NCBI GenBank assembly: GCA_048882485.1
Contig: JBHLRP010000003.1
Coordinates: 104,260 to 168,259 of the forward strand
DNA: 64,000 nt
DNA from: Candidatus Thorarchaeota archaeon
GTDB taxonomy: Archaea > Asgardarchaeota > Thorarchaeia > Thorarchaeales > Thorarchaeaceae
Reading direction: 5' to 3'
Of the stretch, positions 37,884 through 46,404 are shown in pieces; position 1 is the stretch's first letter, and each line of letters starts with the position of its first letter. Position numbers and translations under genes: made by a program. The notes under the pieces were generated by a model. The model searched no databases. It was not told the DNA's origin and saw only the letters and a program-made list of their open reading frames with translations.

Positions 37884-38165
37884 TTGGCTTATCTTACATG
37901 GCGTTCATATGTCCGTTCAGGGCCGGTATGCCTTGGAGCACTCCTGGTTATAGCAGGAGCAATTATAGCACTACTACCATCCATTGATGCACAATATGCC
38001 TTCTTTGGTGAAATGACGGTGCTCATTGGTGCAGGTGTTGCTGTGCTAGGGCTTATCTTCATCTTGGTCGGATTCTTCTTCACTAAGAAGAAGCGCGATT
38101 CTGTTTTGAGACCTGTGGACACAAAAGTCGACGACACACCACCTCCACCACCACCGATGGACTGA
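37884..38165 (+). CDS. Small two-TM membrane protein with a poly-proline tail
   Basis: Two hydrophobic helices, KKKR, then DDTPPPPPPMD; AGGAG upstream. Confidence 0.75.
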   Translation: MAYLTWRSYVRSGPVCLGALLVIAGAIIALLPSIDAQYAFFGEMTVLIGAGVAVLGLIFILVGFFFTKKKRDSVLRPVDTKVDDTPPPPPPMD

Positions 38166-38193
38166 ATCGCATTCAATTAATCTCTCAATCATC

Positions 38194-38242
38194 TGGGACT
38201 GTGGACCTTACTCTGGTCCATAGCCCCATTTTGTCTCTTTTT
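38194..38242 (+). terminator. Hairpin plus T-rich tract
   Basis: TGGG-A-CTGTGGACC / GGTCCATAG-C-CCCA followed by TTTTGTCTCTTTTT. Confidence 0.5.
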
Positions 38243-38267
38243 CCAATCTCTCAATTTTCTGCATACC

Positions 38268-38288
38268 TCCATCCCGCAAATCCTAATA
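38268..38288 (+). repeat. 21-bp direct repeat, copy 1
   Basis: TCCATCCCGCAAATCCTAATA, identical to 39147-39167. Confidence 0.9.
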
Positions 38289-38435
38289 CAGGCAATTTCT
38301 ATGAGAATTGCTACAAGCACTACAGAGCTTGGAAAGAGGTTTCCCCTTGAGTAAGCAAACTATGTCAACGCAAGGGACTCATTTCGTAGATAAACTCTAT
38401 AACTCTTTGAACGAAAGTACTCACAGAGGGAGAAT

Positions 38436-39068
38436 ATGTCTGACGAACACTCTGATAGGGTAATTGTTTCTCAGGACAATCTTGCTCGGTGCAAGTGGTG
38501 TGGAACTCCTGAGAGTCCAATTTGGACAATTAGCCAGAGTGAGAATCTCTACTGCACTCCTGAGTGCATGCTTGCAGATGAAGCATCGATAAAACGACTC
38601 GGAGGGATTATCTTTATGGTCTTGGGAGTCCTTTCGACAATTCCCTACATCGCTACTCCTTTTTTATTTCCTGGATCTGTAGGTGCAGACAATCTCCTCA
38701 TAGTTACTGGTATGGCTTTCTTGGTGATTGGTATAGCACAATATGCTGAAAGCAGAAAGGGCCAAAAATACATGGATCGTAAGGATAGATACCGTGGAGT
38801 GTCTCCCATAATTTGCTCATACTGCTCGCACCAAAATTCACCACATTTCACAGCATGTCAGAATTGCGGGGCTCCATTGACTGAAGCCTCTTTTGCAGAA
38901 GAGTCACTACCTCCTTGGTTACACACTACAAGCGGTGTCGTCAGGTGTCCCTATTGTGCTGCATTCCAATCATATCGCCAAGTTCAAGGTACGCAGGAAC
39001 GCTTGGTCTTTTGTCAGAATTGCAGTAGGCTTTTCCGACCATCGAGACAAGCACATGTTGTACGATGA
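38436..39068 (+). CDS. Membrane protein with multiple zinc-ribbon (CxxC) motifs
   Basis: CKWC...CTPEC, two TM helices, CSYC...CQNC and CPYC...CQNC. Confidence 0.8.
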   Translation: MSDEHSDRVIVSQDNLARCKWCGTPESPIWTISQSENLYCTPECMLADEASIKRLGGIIFMVLGVLSTIPYIATPFLFPGSVGADNLLIVTGMAFLVIGIAQYAESRKGQKYMDRKDRYRGVSPIICSYCSHQNSPHFTACQNCGAPLTEASFAEESLPPWLHTTSGVVRCPYCAAFQSYRQVQGTQERLVFCQNCSRLFRPSRQAHVVR

Positions 39069-39146
39069 TGCAGATTCAACTAAGTCACTTCTACTGAGTG
39101 GTTGGTTTTGCCTTTTCTAGGAAGCAAATCCTAAGAAGCAGCGAAT

Positions 39147-39167
39147 TCCATCCCGCAAATCCTAATA
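39147..39167 (+). repeat. 21-bp direct repeat, copy 2
   Basis: TCCATCCCGCAAATCCTAATA; a partial third copy GCAAATCCTAA lies at 39124-39134. Confidence 0.9.
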
Positions 39168-39214
39168 TGCAACCTGAGCCAGTTTGAGTTTAGAATTGAC
39201 AAAGGTAGGGAACT

Positions 39215-39505
39215 ATGACATTCCTAGAATACAGAAACAGCCAGTTTCATGAGTGTTCAGGCACGCCATCTTCGGAGATTACATTGAAGGTTGATGATGC
39301 CCAAAAGAAATTGATACTCACCGTTCCTGGTGGGGTCGGAATGATCGAAAAACGTTCAGCAGAACGTGGCGCGCGATCAATTCAGAAGTCCGGCTTTCAG
39401 ACTGCGAGGAAAGGCCGCATTGGGTCTGGCTACGAGCTTATCATTGAGGGTCATGGTGGCTCTCTGCCTGATAAGCTGAAGCACTCTCCAAGAGAAGTAT
39501 ACTAG
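39215..39505 (+). CDS. Small protein; possible divergent single gelsolin-like domain
   Basis: ITLKVDDAQKKLILTVPGGVGMIEKRSAERGARSI aligns by eye with VCVVDDETKSIYLWKGTQAGIRRKFIGARVATNL of 43114..44031. Confidence 0.55.
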   Translation: MTFLEYRNSQFHECSGTPSSEITLKVDDAQKKLILTVPGGVGMIEKRSAERGARSIQKSGFQTARKGRIGSGYELIIEGHGGSLPDKLKHSPREVY

Positions 39506-39576
39506 AACATGATTAATAGCTGTGACCTACTTAACAAAGAAGCGATGGTCCAGAGGGAGCTGGAGGTCGAGGAACC

Positions 39577-41355
39577 GTGTCGGATGAAGATGTAAGGCGC
39601 ATGATTGAAGAAGCAACAAAGGAGTCTCTAAGACAGTCCTTTACTGAAGCTGGACGGAAATTCATTGAGGCCGCTGAAACCTCGGAGCGAAGAGGTGACT
39701 ACGAGGGGGCAGATAAGCTGTATCGTCAGGCTGCTGATGCCTATGAGAAAGCTGCGGACAAATATAGAACTAGCAAAGGATTCAAGAATTCAGCCATGAA
39801 CATGTGTGCAGCTGGCGATGTCTATTCAGAGCTTGGAGAGTCGCAGAAGGCTGTTGAATCCTATGGCCATGCCGCAGATGATCTCTTTGCAGCAGCAGGA
39901 GAACATCTCCTCTGGGGGGAAGACGCAGAAACCGCCAAGGGTACGGCCCTTGCGATGGCTGCGTGTATGCTGCTCCTAATGATTGGGAGAGAGGCTGATT
40001 CCTTCTATCGAGCTCGGACATTTTCAGCTGAAAATGCCTCCAAGCTTAGATTTCCTGCCATTGTGCGTCTAAGTCAAATCCCTCAGATGATTGAAACCTC
40101 GATCCAAGCAATGGACCTCGAAGGCTTTGCGACTGCAGAAACCGCGGCCGTGACCGAGTTGAAAGCAGCCCTGGCTAATGCCAATGCTCAGGAGTTCACC
40201 AAATATGTGGATAGAGGACTGGATATGGTCAGAGAGATTCTTAGGGGCAAGCTTAAGGTTCCTAGGCTTGTTCCCCAATTGGCTTTGCCAAGCGACATGA
40301 CCTTTTCAGAGGAATTTCCAATTCGCGTTCTAATTCAAAACGCAGGTGACGGTGAAGCTACAAACGTGAATCTCGAATGGCATATTGATGAAGACCTTGT
40401 GGTCATGTCAGGTGAACGGAAGAAATCCATTCCGATGCTTCCGCCTGATGAATCCCTTGACATAGCAGTCGTAGTAAAGGCGAAAGAAGGCATAATGGGT
40501 GTAAAGGAATACACCATCATGATGAAGGGAGTCTACAGTGATAAGCTGAAGACTGAATACTCACTGCAAGCAGGGCCCGGAACACTGGTACTGAAGGACT
40601 TCAAGGAAACCGAGAAACTTCAACAGGCTCTTGATGTTACAGACACTCGATTAGGACTTCTTACCTCCACCGTTGAGGACTCGCCATTTGAAAAAGAAGT
40701 GTTACATGGTGTCGTTTCATCCATTGCCAACTCAGCGAAACAGGCACGCACCTATCTCGATGAAGGAGATATCCCTTCTGCACGCGGCTGCGTTCATGTA
40801 GTCAACGAGATGGTTGACAAGATTGATGCAATCCTTGGCGATGAGGAGCTAATCGCAAGAATAAACGAAGCCAAGGAGGCTAGGAAACGATCATATGCAA
40901 AAGTGATGCTTCAATCCGCCAAGGAAGAGATTGATTCTACAATGAAAGGCAAGCAAGCCAAGATTGAGGCAGCCTCTCTTGAAGCGAAAGTTGATTGGGG
41001 CAACGAAGCTGAATCCAAGAAAGCGCTTGCTGCTCTTATTTCTGGTGCGCGTGATAAGACATCCAATCTAATCGGGGACCTGGAGGCTCTAAAGAGTGAA
41101 CTGCCCTCCGCTGCTGATTCAGTAGATCCAACCGAAGGCGCTCTGAGAACCAAACATCGCACTATGGTAGAAACAGCAGTGAGCAAACTGTCTGGGATAC
41201 GTGCCGAGCTTGAGCGCATGTCAAGTGATAGGGTACTCGCTGTAGGTGTAGCGCCAGACACTCCGGATAAAGTGGCATTAGCAAAGAAGCTTTTAGACGA
41301 GCTTATTTCAGATGTCAATGCAATTATAGAATCAAAGAAGACAGAAACTGGGTAG
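39577..41355 (+). CDS. Alpha-SNAP/TPR-like helical repeat + CARDB/Ig-like domain + coiled coil
   Basis: AADAYEKAADKY and AVESYGHAAD repeats; IRVLIQNAGDGEATNVNL CARDB motif; helical C-terminus. Confidence 0.7.
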   Translation: MSDEDVRRMIEEATKESLRQSFTEAGRKFIEAAETSERRGDYEGADKLYRQAADAYEKAADKYRTSKGFKNSAMNMCAAGDVYSELGESQKAVESYGHAADDLFAAAGEHLLWGEDAETAKGTALAMAACMLLLMIGREADSFYRARTFSAENASKLRFPAIVRLSQIPQMIETSIQAMDLEGFATAETAAVTELKAALANANAQEFTKYVDRGLDMVREILRGKLKVPRLVPQLALPSDMTFSEEFPIRVLIQNAGDGEATNVNLEWHIDEDLVVMSGERKKSIPMLPPDESLDIAVVVKAKEGIMGVKEYTIMMKGVYSDKLKTEYSLQAGPGTLVLKDFKETEKLQQALDVTDTRLGLLTSTVEDSPFEKEVLHGVVSSIANSAKQARTYLDEGDIPSARGCVHVVNEMVDKIDAILGDEELIARINEAKEARKRSYAKVMLQSAKEEIDSTMKGKQAKIEAASLEAKVDWGNEAESKKALAALISGARDKTSNLIGDLEALKSELPSAADSVDPTEGALRTKHRTMVETAVSKLSGIRAELERMSSDRVLAVGVAPDTPDKVALAKKLLDELISDVNAIIESKKTETG

Positions 41356-41365
41356 ATCTCTCTAC

Positions 41366-42571
41366 TCACTTTCTTCTCTTGTCCATGAATTGCTCTAGCC
41401 TATTCATTGCGTCCTCTATCATCTCAGGTGGAGGAAGGAATACGCTTCTGAAATGTGCCAAGCCATATATTGGATCAAAGCCAGAGCCGGGAACAAACAC
41501 GACGCCAGTATTCTTGAGAACATCAAGCACGAACTCCGTGTCATTTGCCCACCGGGCCATTAGCTCAATCCTCGGCATAATGTAGAACGCGGCTTGAGGC
41601 AATCGTGTCGAAATCGAATCAATCTCATTCAGCCTCCTCCAAATCAGGTCTCTTCTCACTCTCAATCTGGCCATTACGTCTTTCAGATGACTTCCGTCAC
41701 TTCTGAGGGCGGCTGCTGTGGCTAGTTGTGCCGGGGCATTAGAGCAGATTCTGATTCTAGCCTGTTTCACCATTGCATCGCGAAGCGGTTCAAGCTCTCC
41801 ATCTTGGTCATGATAGTATACATACCCTACTCTCCATCCGGGAGCTAGGTAGACTTTGCTAACACCATTAAAGCCCATGACCGGAATTTCTCCGGCCGCC
41901 TTGACCATTGGAGTCTGGTCCTTGTCGAAAGTGAGTTGATCATAGATCTCGTCGGTTATGAGTGGAAGGTTGTACTCACCTGCTATCCCCGCTATCTCCT
42001 TGAGTGTCTTCTCATCATAGACTGCACCTGTTGGATTATTCGGATTAATAGCGAGGATGCCCACAGTTTCTTCGTTAATCTTCTTTCTAAGATCTTCCGT
42101 ATCCGGAGCCCAATCTTCCTCCTCGATTGTACGATATGTTCTAGGGACGCCTCCAAAGAAGCTGACATAGCCAACATATGGAGGATATGAGGGTCCAGGA
42201 ACAAGAAGCTCGGAACCGTCGTTTACGAGTGCCCCTGCTAGGAATTGGATTGCCTCCGAAACCCCAGTTGTTGCAATGATTCGCCCAGGATCGACATCGA
42301 TCCCATTGACTCGCTTCTCCTTTTCAGCTGCAGCATGCTTAAGTTCATCAAGGCCCTCTGATGGAGAGTACCCATTCACACCGTCGCGTGTGGCCTTGCA
42401 CATGGCTTCTATCATGAACTCGGGAGTTTTCCAGTCATACTTTATGGGATCACCAATATTGAGATAGAGTGGGGATTCGCCACTATCCTTCTCATACTGC
42501 TTGGCAGCTACTACCACATCTCTAATGGCATATTTCAGGTTTGCAGCTCTCGAGGTGATTCTCAGTTTCAA
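41366..42571 (-). CDS. Class I/II PLP aminotransferase (alanine aminotransferase-like)
   Basis: YAIRD, LNIGDP, INPNNPTG, DEIYD and SKVYLAPGWRVG motifs. Confidence 0.92.
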   Translation of the reverse strand: MKLRITSRAANLKYAIRDVVVAAKQYEKDSGESPLYLNIGDPIKYDWKTPEFMIEAMCKATRDGVNGYSPSEGLDELKHAAAEKEKRVNGIDVDPGRIIATTGVSEAIQFLAGALVNDGSELLVPGPSYPPYVGYVSFFGGVPRTYRTIEEEDWAPDTEDLRKKINEETVGILAINPNNPTGAVYDEKTLKEIAGIAGEYNLPLITDEIYDQLTFDKDQTPMVKAAGEIPVMGFNGVSKVYLAPGWRVGYVYYHDQDGELEPLRDAMVKQARIRICSNAPAQLATAAALRSDGSHLKDVMARLRVRRDLIWRRLNEIDSISTRLPQAAFYIMPRIELMARWANDTEFVLDVLKNTGVVFVPGSGFDPIYGLAHFRSVFLPPPEMIEDAMNRLEQFMDKRRK

Positions 42572-42689
42572 ATGAATCCACTCGTGTCTGTCGACTCGAG
42601 GCCTCCGTATATTGTTTGCTATCAGGGGCGCATCCTAACTAAATTAGCCACAACCGTGGCAAAAAAAACGGCTTTGAATTAGAGCGGCC

Positions 42690-43085
42690 TCATGTTGAGA
42701 GTAAATCGCCAACCTCTTTGGCATATTTCCTCATCTGAGTCGTTGCCAGACCCATAGATGTCAAGTCCTTCGCTGCACCCATGAGTAGGAATTCTCCAGC
42801 TTGTGAAAGCACTGCAAATCCTTTCGCTCCTCTGACCGTCACCTCGAAGAGGTCTCCCAAATCTAATTTCTCTGCAGACGCAGCCATCTCTCCAGTCATC
42901 AGCAATGCTGCACTTACAGCAGCCATGAGATCTGGATCTGCTTCGGAGTCTTCAGTGGCGAAGTACGCCAGCTTCACACCCTGCTTGCTGACCACCGCAA
43001 TGGCGTCAAGGTCTGCATAGTTAGTCAATCCCATCAGGAGCTCTACGAGTTCCTTCTCTTTTTCTGGGTCCAGATGTTGCGACAT
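42690..43085 (-). CDS. Roadblock/LC7 domain protein
   Basis: AIAVVSKQGVKL, DPDLMAAVSAAL and VTVRGAKG; followed by a T8 tract on the minus strand (42661-42668). Confidence 0.85.
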   Translation of the reverse strand: MSQHLDPEKEKELVELLMGLTNYADLDAIAVVSKQGVKLAYFATEDSEADPDLMAAVSAALLMTGEMAASAEKLDLGDLFEVTVRGAKGFAVLSQAGEFLLMGAAKDLTSMGLATTQMRKYAKEVGDLLST

Positions 43086-43113
43086 TGTATTTTGCTCCCT
43101 ATTGATTCATTGA

Positions 43114-44031
43114 TTATTTTGCGACAAGCTTCTTCTTCTTTTTAGCGGTCTTGGCCTTTTCATCGGCGGTTGGCATGACGGGCGCTTCGGTTTCAGAACG
43201 GAAGAATGTGATGAGGTCTCCCAGGCGCTCCTTCATTTCCTGTTTGATTGGACTCAGGATGGCTTCAGGTGTGCCCTTCAGTAGCTCGATACCTAGCACT
43301 TTTCCATCTTTGACAATAACGCGGGGAATGAATCCCTCCGCCATAAACGTACCTTCTGGAGGATCTTTGACCCTTTCAAACTTCCTTTCAACTTTCTCTT
43401 GTCCGAATACTGCTATCTTGTGCTCTGCAACTGTAAATAGTTCGTTATACACGATCAGCAATTCTCTTTGATAGCCTTCAGGCGGGTCAGTGGTCTGCAG
43501 CTCTTCAATCATGGCCTTTATTTCACCTGAAATTGGACTTGCAGGCATAGATGTTGCCGTTGGAGCTGTAGATGGTTTTGAAGGCGATGTGGTAGAGACT
43601 GATGGTTTCGGAGGTGGTGCAGTTGCCTTCGGCTTTGGGGGCGGTGCAGCTTCGGTCTTCGATGCTGGCGCTTCTGCGGCAGTTGCCTTTGGTTTGGGCT
43701 TTGGCGGAGCTGGAGTAGGGGGCTTTTCCCCAGGCTTTAGCACACGTGTTGCAGCAGTTGTCCCATCCAGCGCGCTGAAGAATGTGGGTGGTTCTTCTCC
43801 TTCATCTACTGCCCTCACCTTGAAATGGAACCCATATTCAGTTCGAAGATTGGTCGCAACTCTTGCGCCAATGAACTTTCTTCTTATTCCTGCTTGAGTG
43901 CCTTTCCACAGGTAGATTGACTTGGTTTCGTCATCAACTACACAGACTACCATTTGAGAATCCAAGTCTGCCTTGGAGATCTCAACTTCGTTGAGAGTTC
44001 CATCCTCCATTACCTCATAACCTACGACCAT
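43114..44031 (-). CDS. Gelsolin-domain protein (one gelsolin domain, Pro-rich linker, unknown domain, poly-Lys tail)
   Basis: LDSQMVVCVVDD..SIYLWKG..AG...A...VDEGEEPPTFFSAL matches the gelsolin repeat consensus. Confidence 0.85.
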   Translation of the reverse strand: MVVGYEVMEDGTLNEVEISKADLDSQMVVCVVDDETKSIYLWKGTQAGIRRKFIGARVATNLRTEYGFHFKVRAVDEGEEPPTFFSALDGTTAATRVLKPGEKPPTPAPPKPKPKATAAEAPASKTEAAPPPKPKATAPPPKPSVSTTSPSKPSTAPTATSMPASPISGEIKAMIEELQTTDPPEGYQRELLIVYNELFTVAEHKIAVFGQEKVERKFERVKDPPEGTFMAEGFIPRVIVKDGKVLGIELLKGTPEAILSPIKQEMKERLGDLITFFRSETEAPVMPTADEKAKTAKKKKKLVAK

Positions 44032-44246
44032 GATTATTCACTAACTTGCAGTTTTTATCTTCTTGCTCCTGTGCCCCCAGAATTGGGCAGCTAAAGATTA
44101 GTTGAGATATGGTCATCTCTACGGACAGCTGGATATCTCTGTTTGGGATATAAGATTGTTATTGTGGTGGATGTTTTGTTTATAAACCCTGAAACTGATA
44201 GCGGTCAACAAGCCTTATGTAGAAGGGGAGCTAATGGCCTTAGTCG

Positions 44247-45335
44247 GTGCCAATGACTGAACAGTCAGCAGAAGCATTCTATGCTGAGCAATTTGGTAGA
44301 GGCAAGACCCTCTCTGTGTTACAATTTATTGCGGGCTTCATTATTTCCACGCTCATTATGGTTGGGTCCACTTGGGGTCTAATATACGTCTATGATGTCC
44401 TAACGGACTTCTCAATATCACCATCGAATCTGGGCATATACACGCTGGCGATGACAATAGGATCCCTTGTTGCCACGATACTTGGTGTAGCCATTTGCTA
44501 CATCATTCTAAAGGTCCCTCGTGCAGGAACATTGCTCCTAAGGGTTCATAGGTTCTTCAAGAGAGGCACTGGCGAGTATTTCGTCTGGCCAGAACCTAAA
44601 GATCAGAGCCTGCGGCTTGTCTTTCGTAGGTCATTATATGGTTCCATTCTGGTAGTCGGCATTGGAATGACAACGGTGAGCTTTGAACTTATGGGCGTGG
44701 CACAAACTGCAGATCTTGCTATATTCGGGCTTTGGGTTGTTGTAATCTCAGCTGCTGTTCTTCCTCTGACGATCCTGATACTATACTACGGTCCATGGCT
44801 CATCAAGGATGCAGGTCTTTTCCACTTGGATCTCAAGGACCGATCACTCAGCAATGTAGGCGACGACCTAGAAGACATGCTTGAGTTCTTTGCTGGCGTT
44901 GATTTAGTTCTAGTTTGGCTTGAGTTGACATTGACAGCAGGCTTTGAACAACCTTGGTTCTCAGTATTCGTCATAATGGTTGCATTGGGTCCTCTGCTCG
45001 CCATCATCTTCAACTTCACCCTTGTGTTTATGTTTATCAAGAACAGAGCCACTTTGCAGATTATTGACCGTCTGGTGGCTAGGTATGACACACAAGACAT
45101 GTATAATGCATCAGACAAAATCAGAAACAAGGTCCTTGCTCTCATAGACAGAGATATTCTTGCATCTTTGGAGCAATCTGACGAGAGTGTAAGCACTCCT
45201 GCTGAAGATGAATATGAACCGGTTCCTGACGATTCTTTTGGCTACATGCACTCCGAATCTGAAGAGCTCGGGGAACTGGATGTCATTCAAGAGGAAGAAG
45301 CCGAATCAACAGATGATGACGAGAGATGGTCCTAG
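44247..45335 (+). CDS. Hypothetical multi-pass membrane protein with an acidic C-terminal tail
   Basis: About six hydrophobic segments; D/E-rich end. Confidence 0.8.
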   Translation: MPMTEQSAEAFYAEQFGRGKTLSVLQFIAGFIISTLIMVGSTWGLIYVYDVLTDFSISPSNLGIYTLAMTIGSLVATILGVAICYIILKVPRAGTLLLRVHRFFKRGTGEYFVWPEPKDQSLRLVFRRSLYGSILVVGIGMTTVSFELMGVAQTADLAIFGLWVVVISAAVLPLTILILYYGPWLIKDAGLFHLDLKDRSLSNVGDDLEDMLEFFAGVDLVLVWLELTLTAGFEQPWFSVFVIMVALGPLLAIIFNFTLVFMFIKNRATLQIIDRLVARYDTQDMYNASDKIRNKVLALIDRDILASLEQSDESVSTPAEDEYEPVPDDSFGYMHSESEELGELDVIQEEEAESTDDDERWS

Positions 45336-45345
45336 CACTATCAGC

Positions 45346-46404
45346 CTAGTCCAGCAGCATCACTGATCCATCAGAGAATCCAAATCCAACCTCAGCATCT
45401 TTCATTGATCTTAGTCTATGGGCCAGAGATTCATCTGGAACTGAGGCTACAATAGTCTGACCTTGAAAATCAAGAGTGATTCTGAAAGTTCCGATTCTTG
45501 GAACTACTGAGATGACTGATGCCACTGGAGTGTCCTTGCTGATATCCGACGTCAAGAAGATGTCTTCTGGTTTGACAGTATACTTGACTGTTCCGCCTCT
45601 ATCCGCAACGCCGTTTGCAGCAAATCGATATCCACCAGTATCAACAATAACGCGTTCTTGATGAAGCTCTACTACTTGACCAGTCAGAACATTACCACTC
45701 CCTAAGAAGCTGGCAACAAACTCGCTGGCGGGCTTATCGTAGAGTTCTTCAGGATGGCCCACTTGATTGACTACTCCCTTATTTAGAATGGCTACACGAT
45801 CAGAGATGGCAAATGCCTCATCCTGGCTGTGGGTCACATAAATGGTGGTGATATTGAGTTCGTCCTGTATTCTCCGGATCTCGGTTTGGAGTCTCTCTCT
45901 TAATTGAGGATCTAGTGCTGAGAGTGGTTCATCCAAGAGAAGAAGATTCGGCTCTTTTGCAAGTGCTCGAGCAAGTGCTATCCTCTGTCCCTCTCCTCCA
46001 CTTACCTCGTTGCTACGTCTCATCAGCAAGCCCCGAATACCCAGAATGTCCGCAAGAAATTCAACCCGTTCAATAGTTGCCTCTCGACTCCATCCAGCCA
46101 TCTCAAGTGCGAATGCAATATTCTGATAGACATTCATGTTTGGAAAGAGCGCCACAGACTGAAACACCATTCCGATATTCCGATCTCTTGGAGGAGCATA
46201 CGTTACATCTTGGCCATCGAATAGAAGCTTGCCAGCTTGTGGTCTGAAAAAGCCTGCTATCATTCGAAGTGTTGTTGTCTTTCCTGAACCGCTTGGCCCC
46301 AGCAAGGTCATAAGCTCGCCATCTCCTACTTTGAGGTCGATAGGGCCAATACTAGTCCCATCTCTGAATCTTCGCATGAGTCCATGCAGTTCAACACTAA
46401 CCAC
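45346..46404 (-). CDS. thiQ: Thiamine ABC transporter ATP-binding subunit
   Basis: GPSGSGKT, VSGGEGQR and LLLDEP motifs; in an operon with thiB/thiP. Confidence 0.8.
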   Translation of the reverse strand: MVSVELHGLMRRFRDGTSIGPIDLKVGDGELMTLLGPSGSGKTTTLRMIAGFFRPQAGKLLFDGQDVTYAPPRDRNIGMVFQSVALFPNMNVYQNIAFALEMAGWSREATIERVEFLADILGIRGLLMRRSNEVSGGEGQRIALARALAKEPNLLLLDEPLSALDPQLRERLQTEIRRIQDELNITTIYVTHSQDEAFAISDRVAILNKGVVNQVGHPEELYDKPASEFVASFLGSGNVLTGQVVELHQERVIVDTGGYRFAANGVADRGGTVKYTVKPEDIFLTSDISKDTPVASVISVVPRIGTFRITLDFQGQTIVASVPDESLAHRLRSMKDAEVGFGFSDGSVMLLD

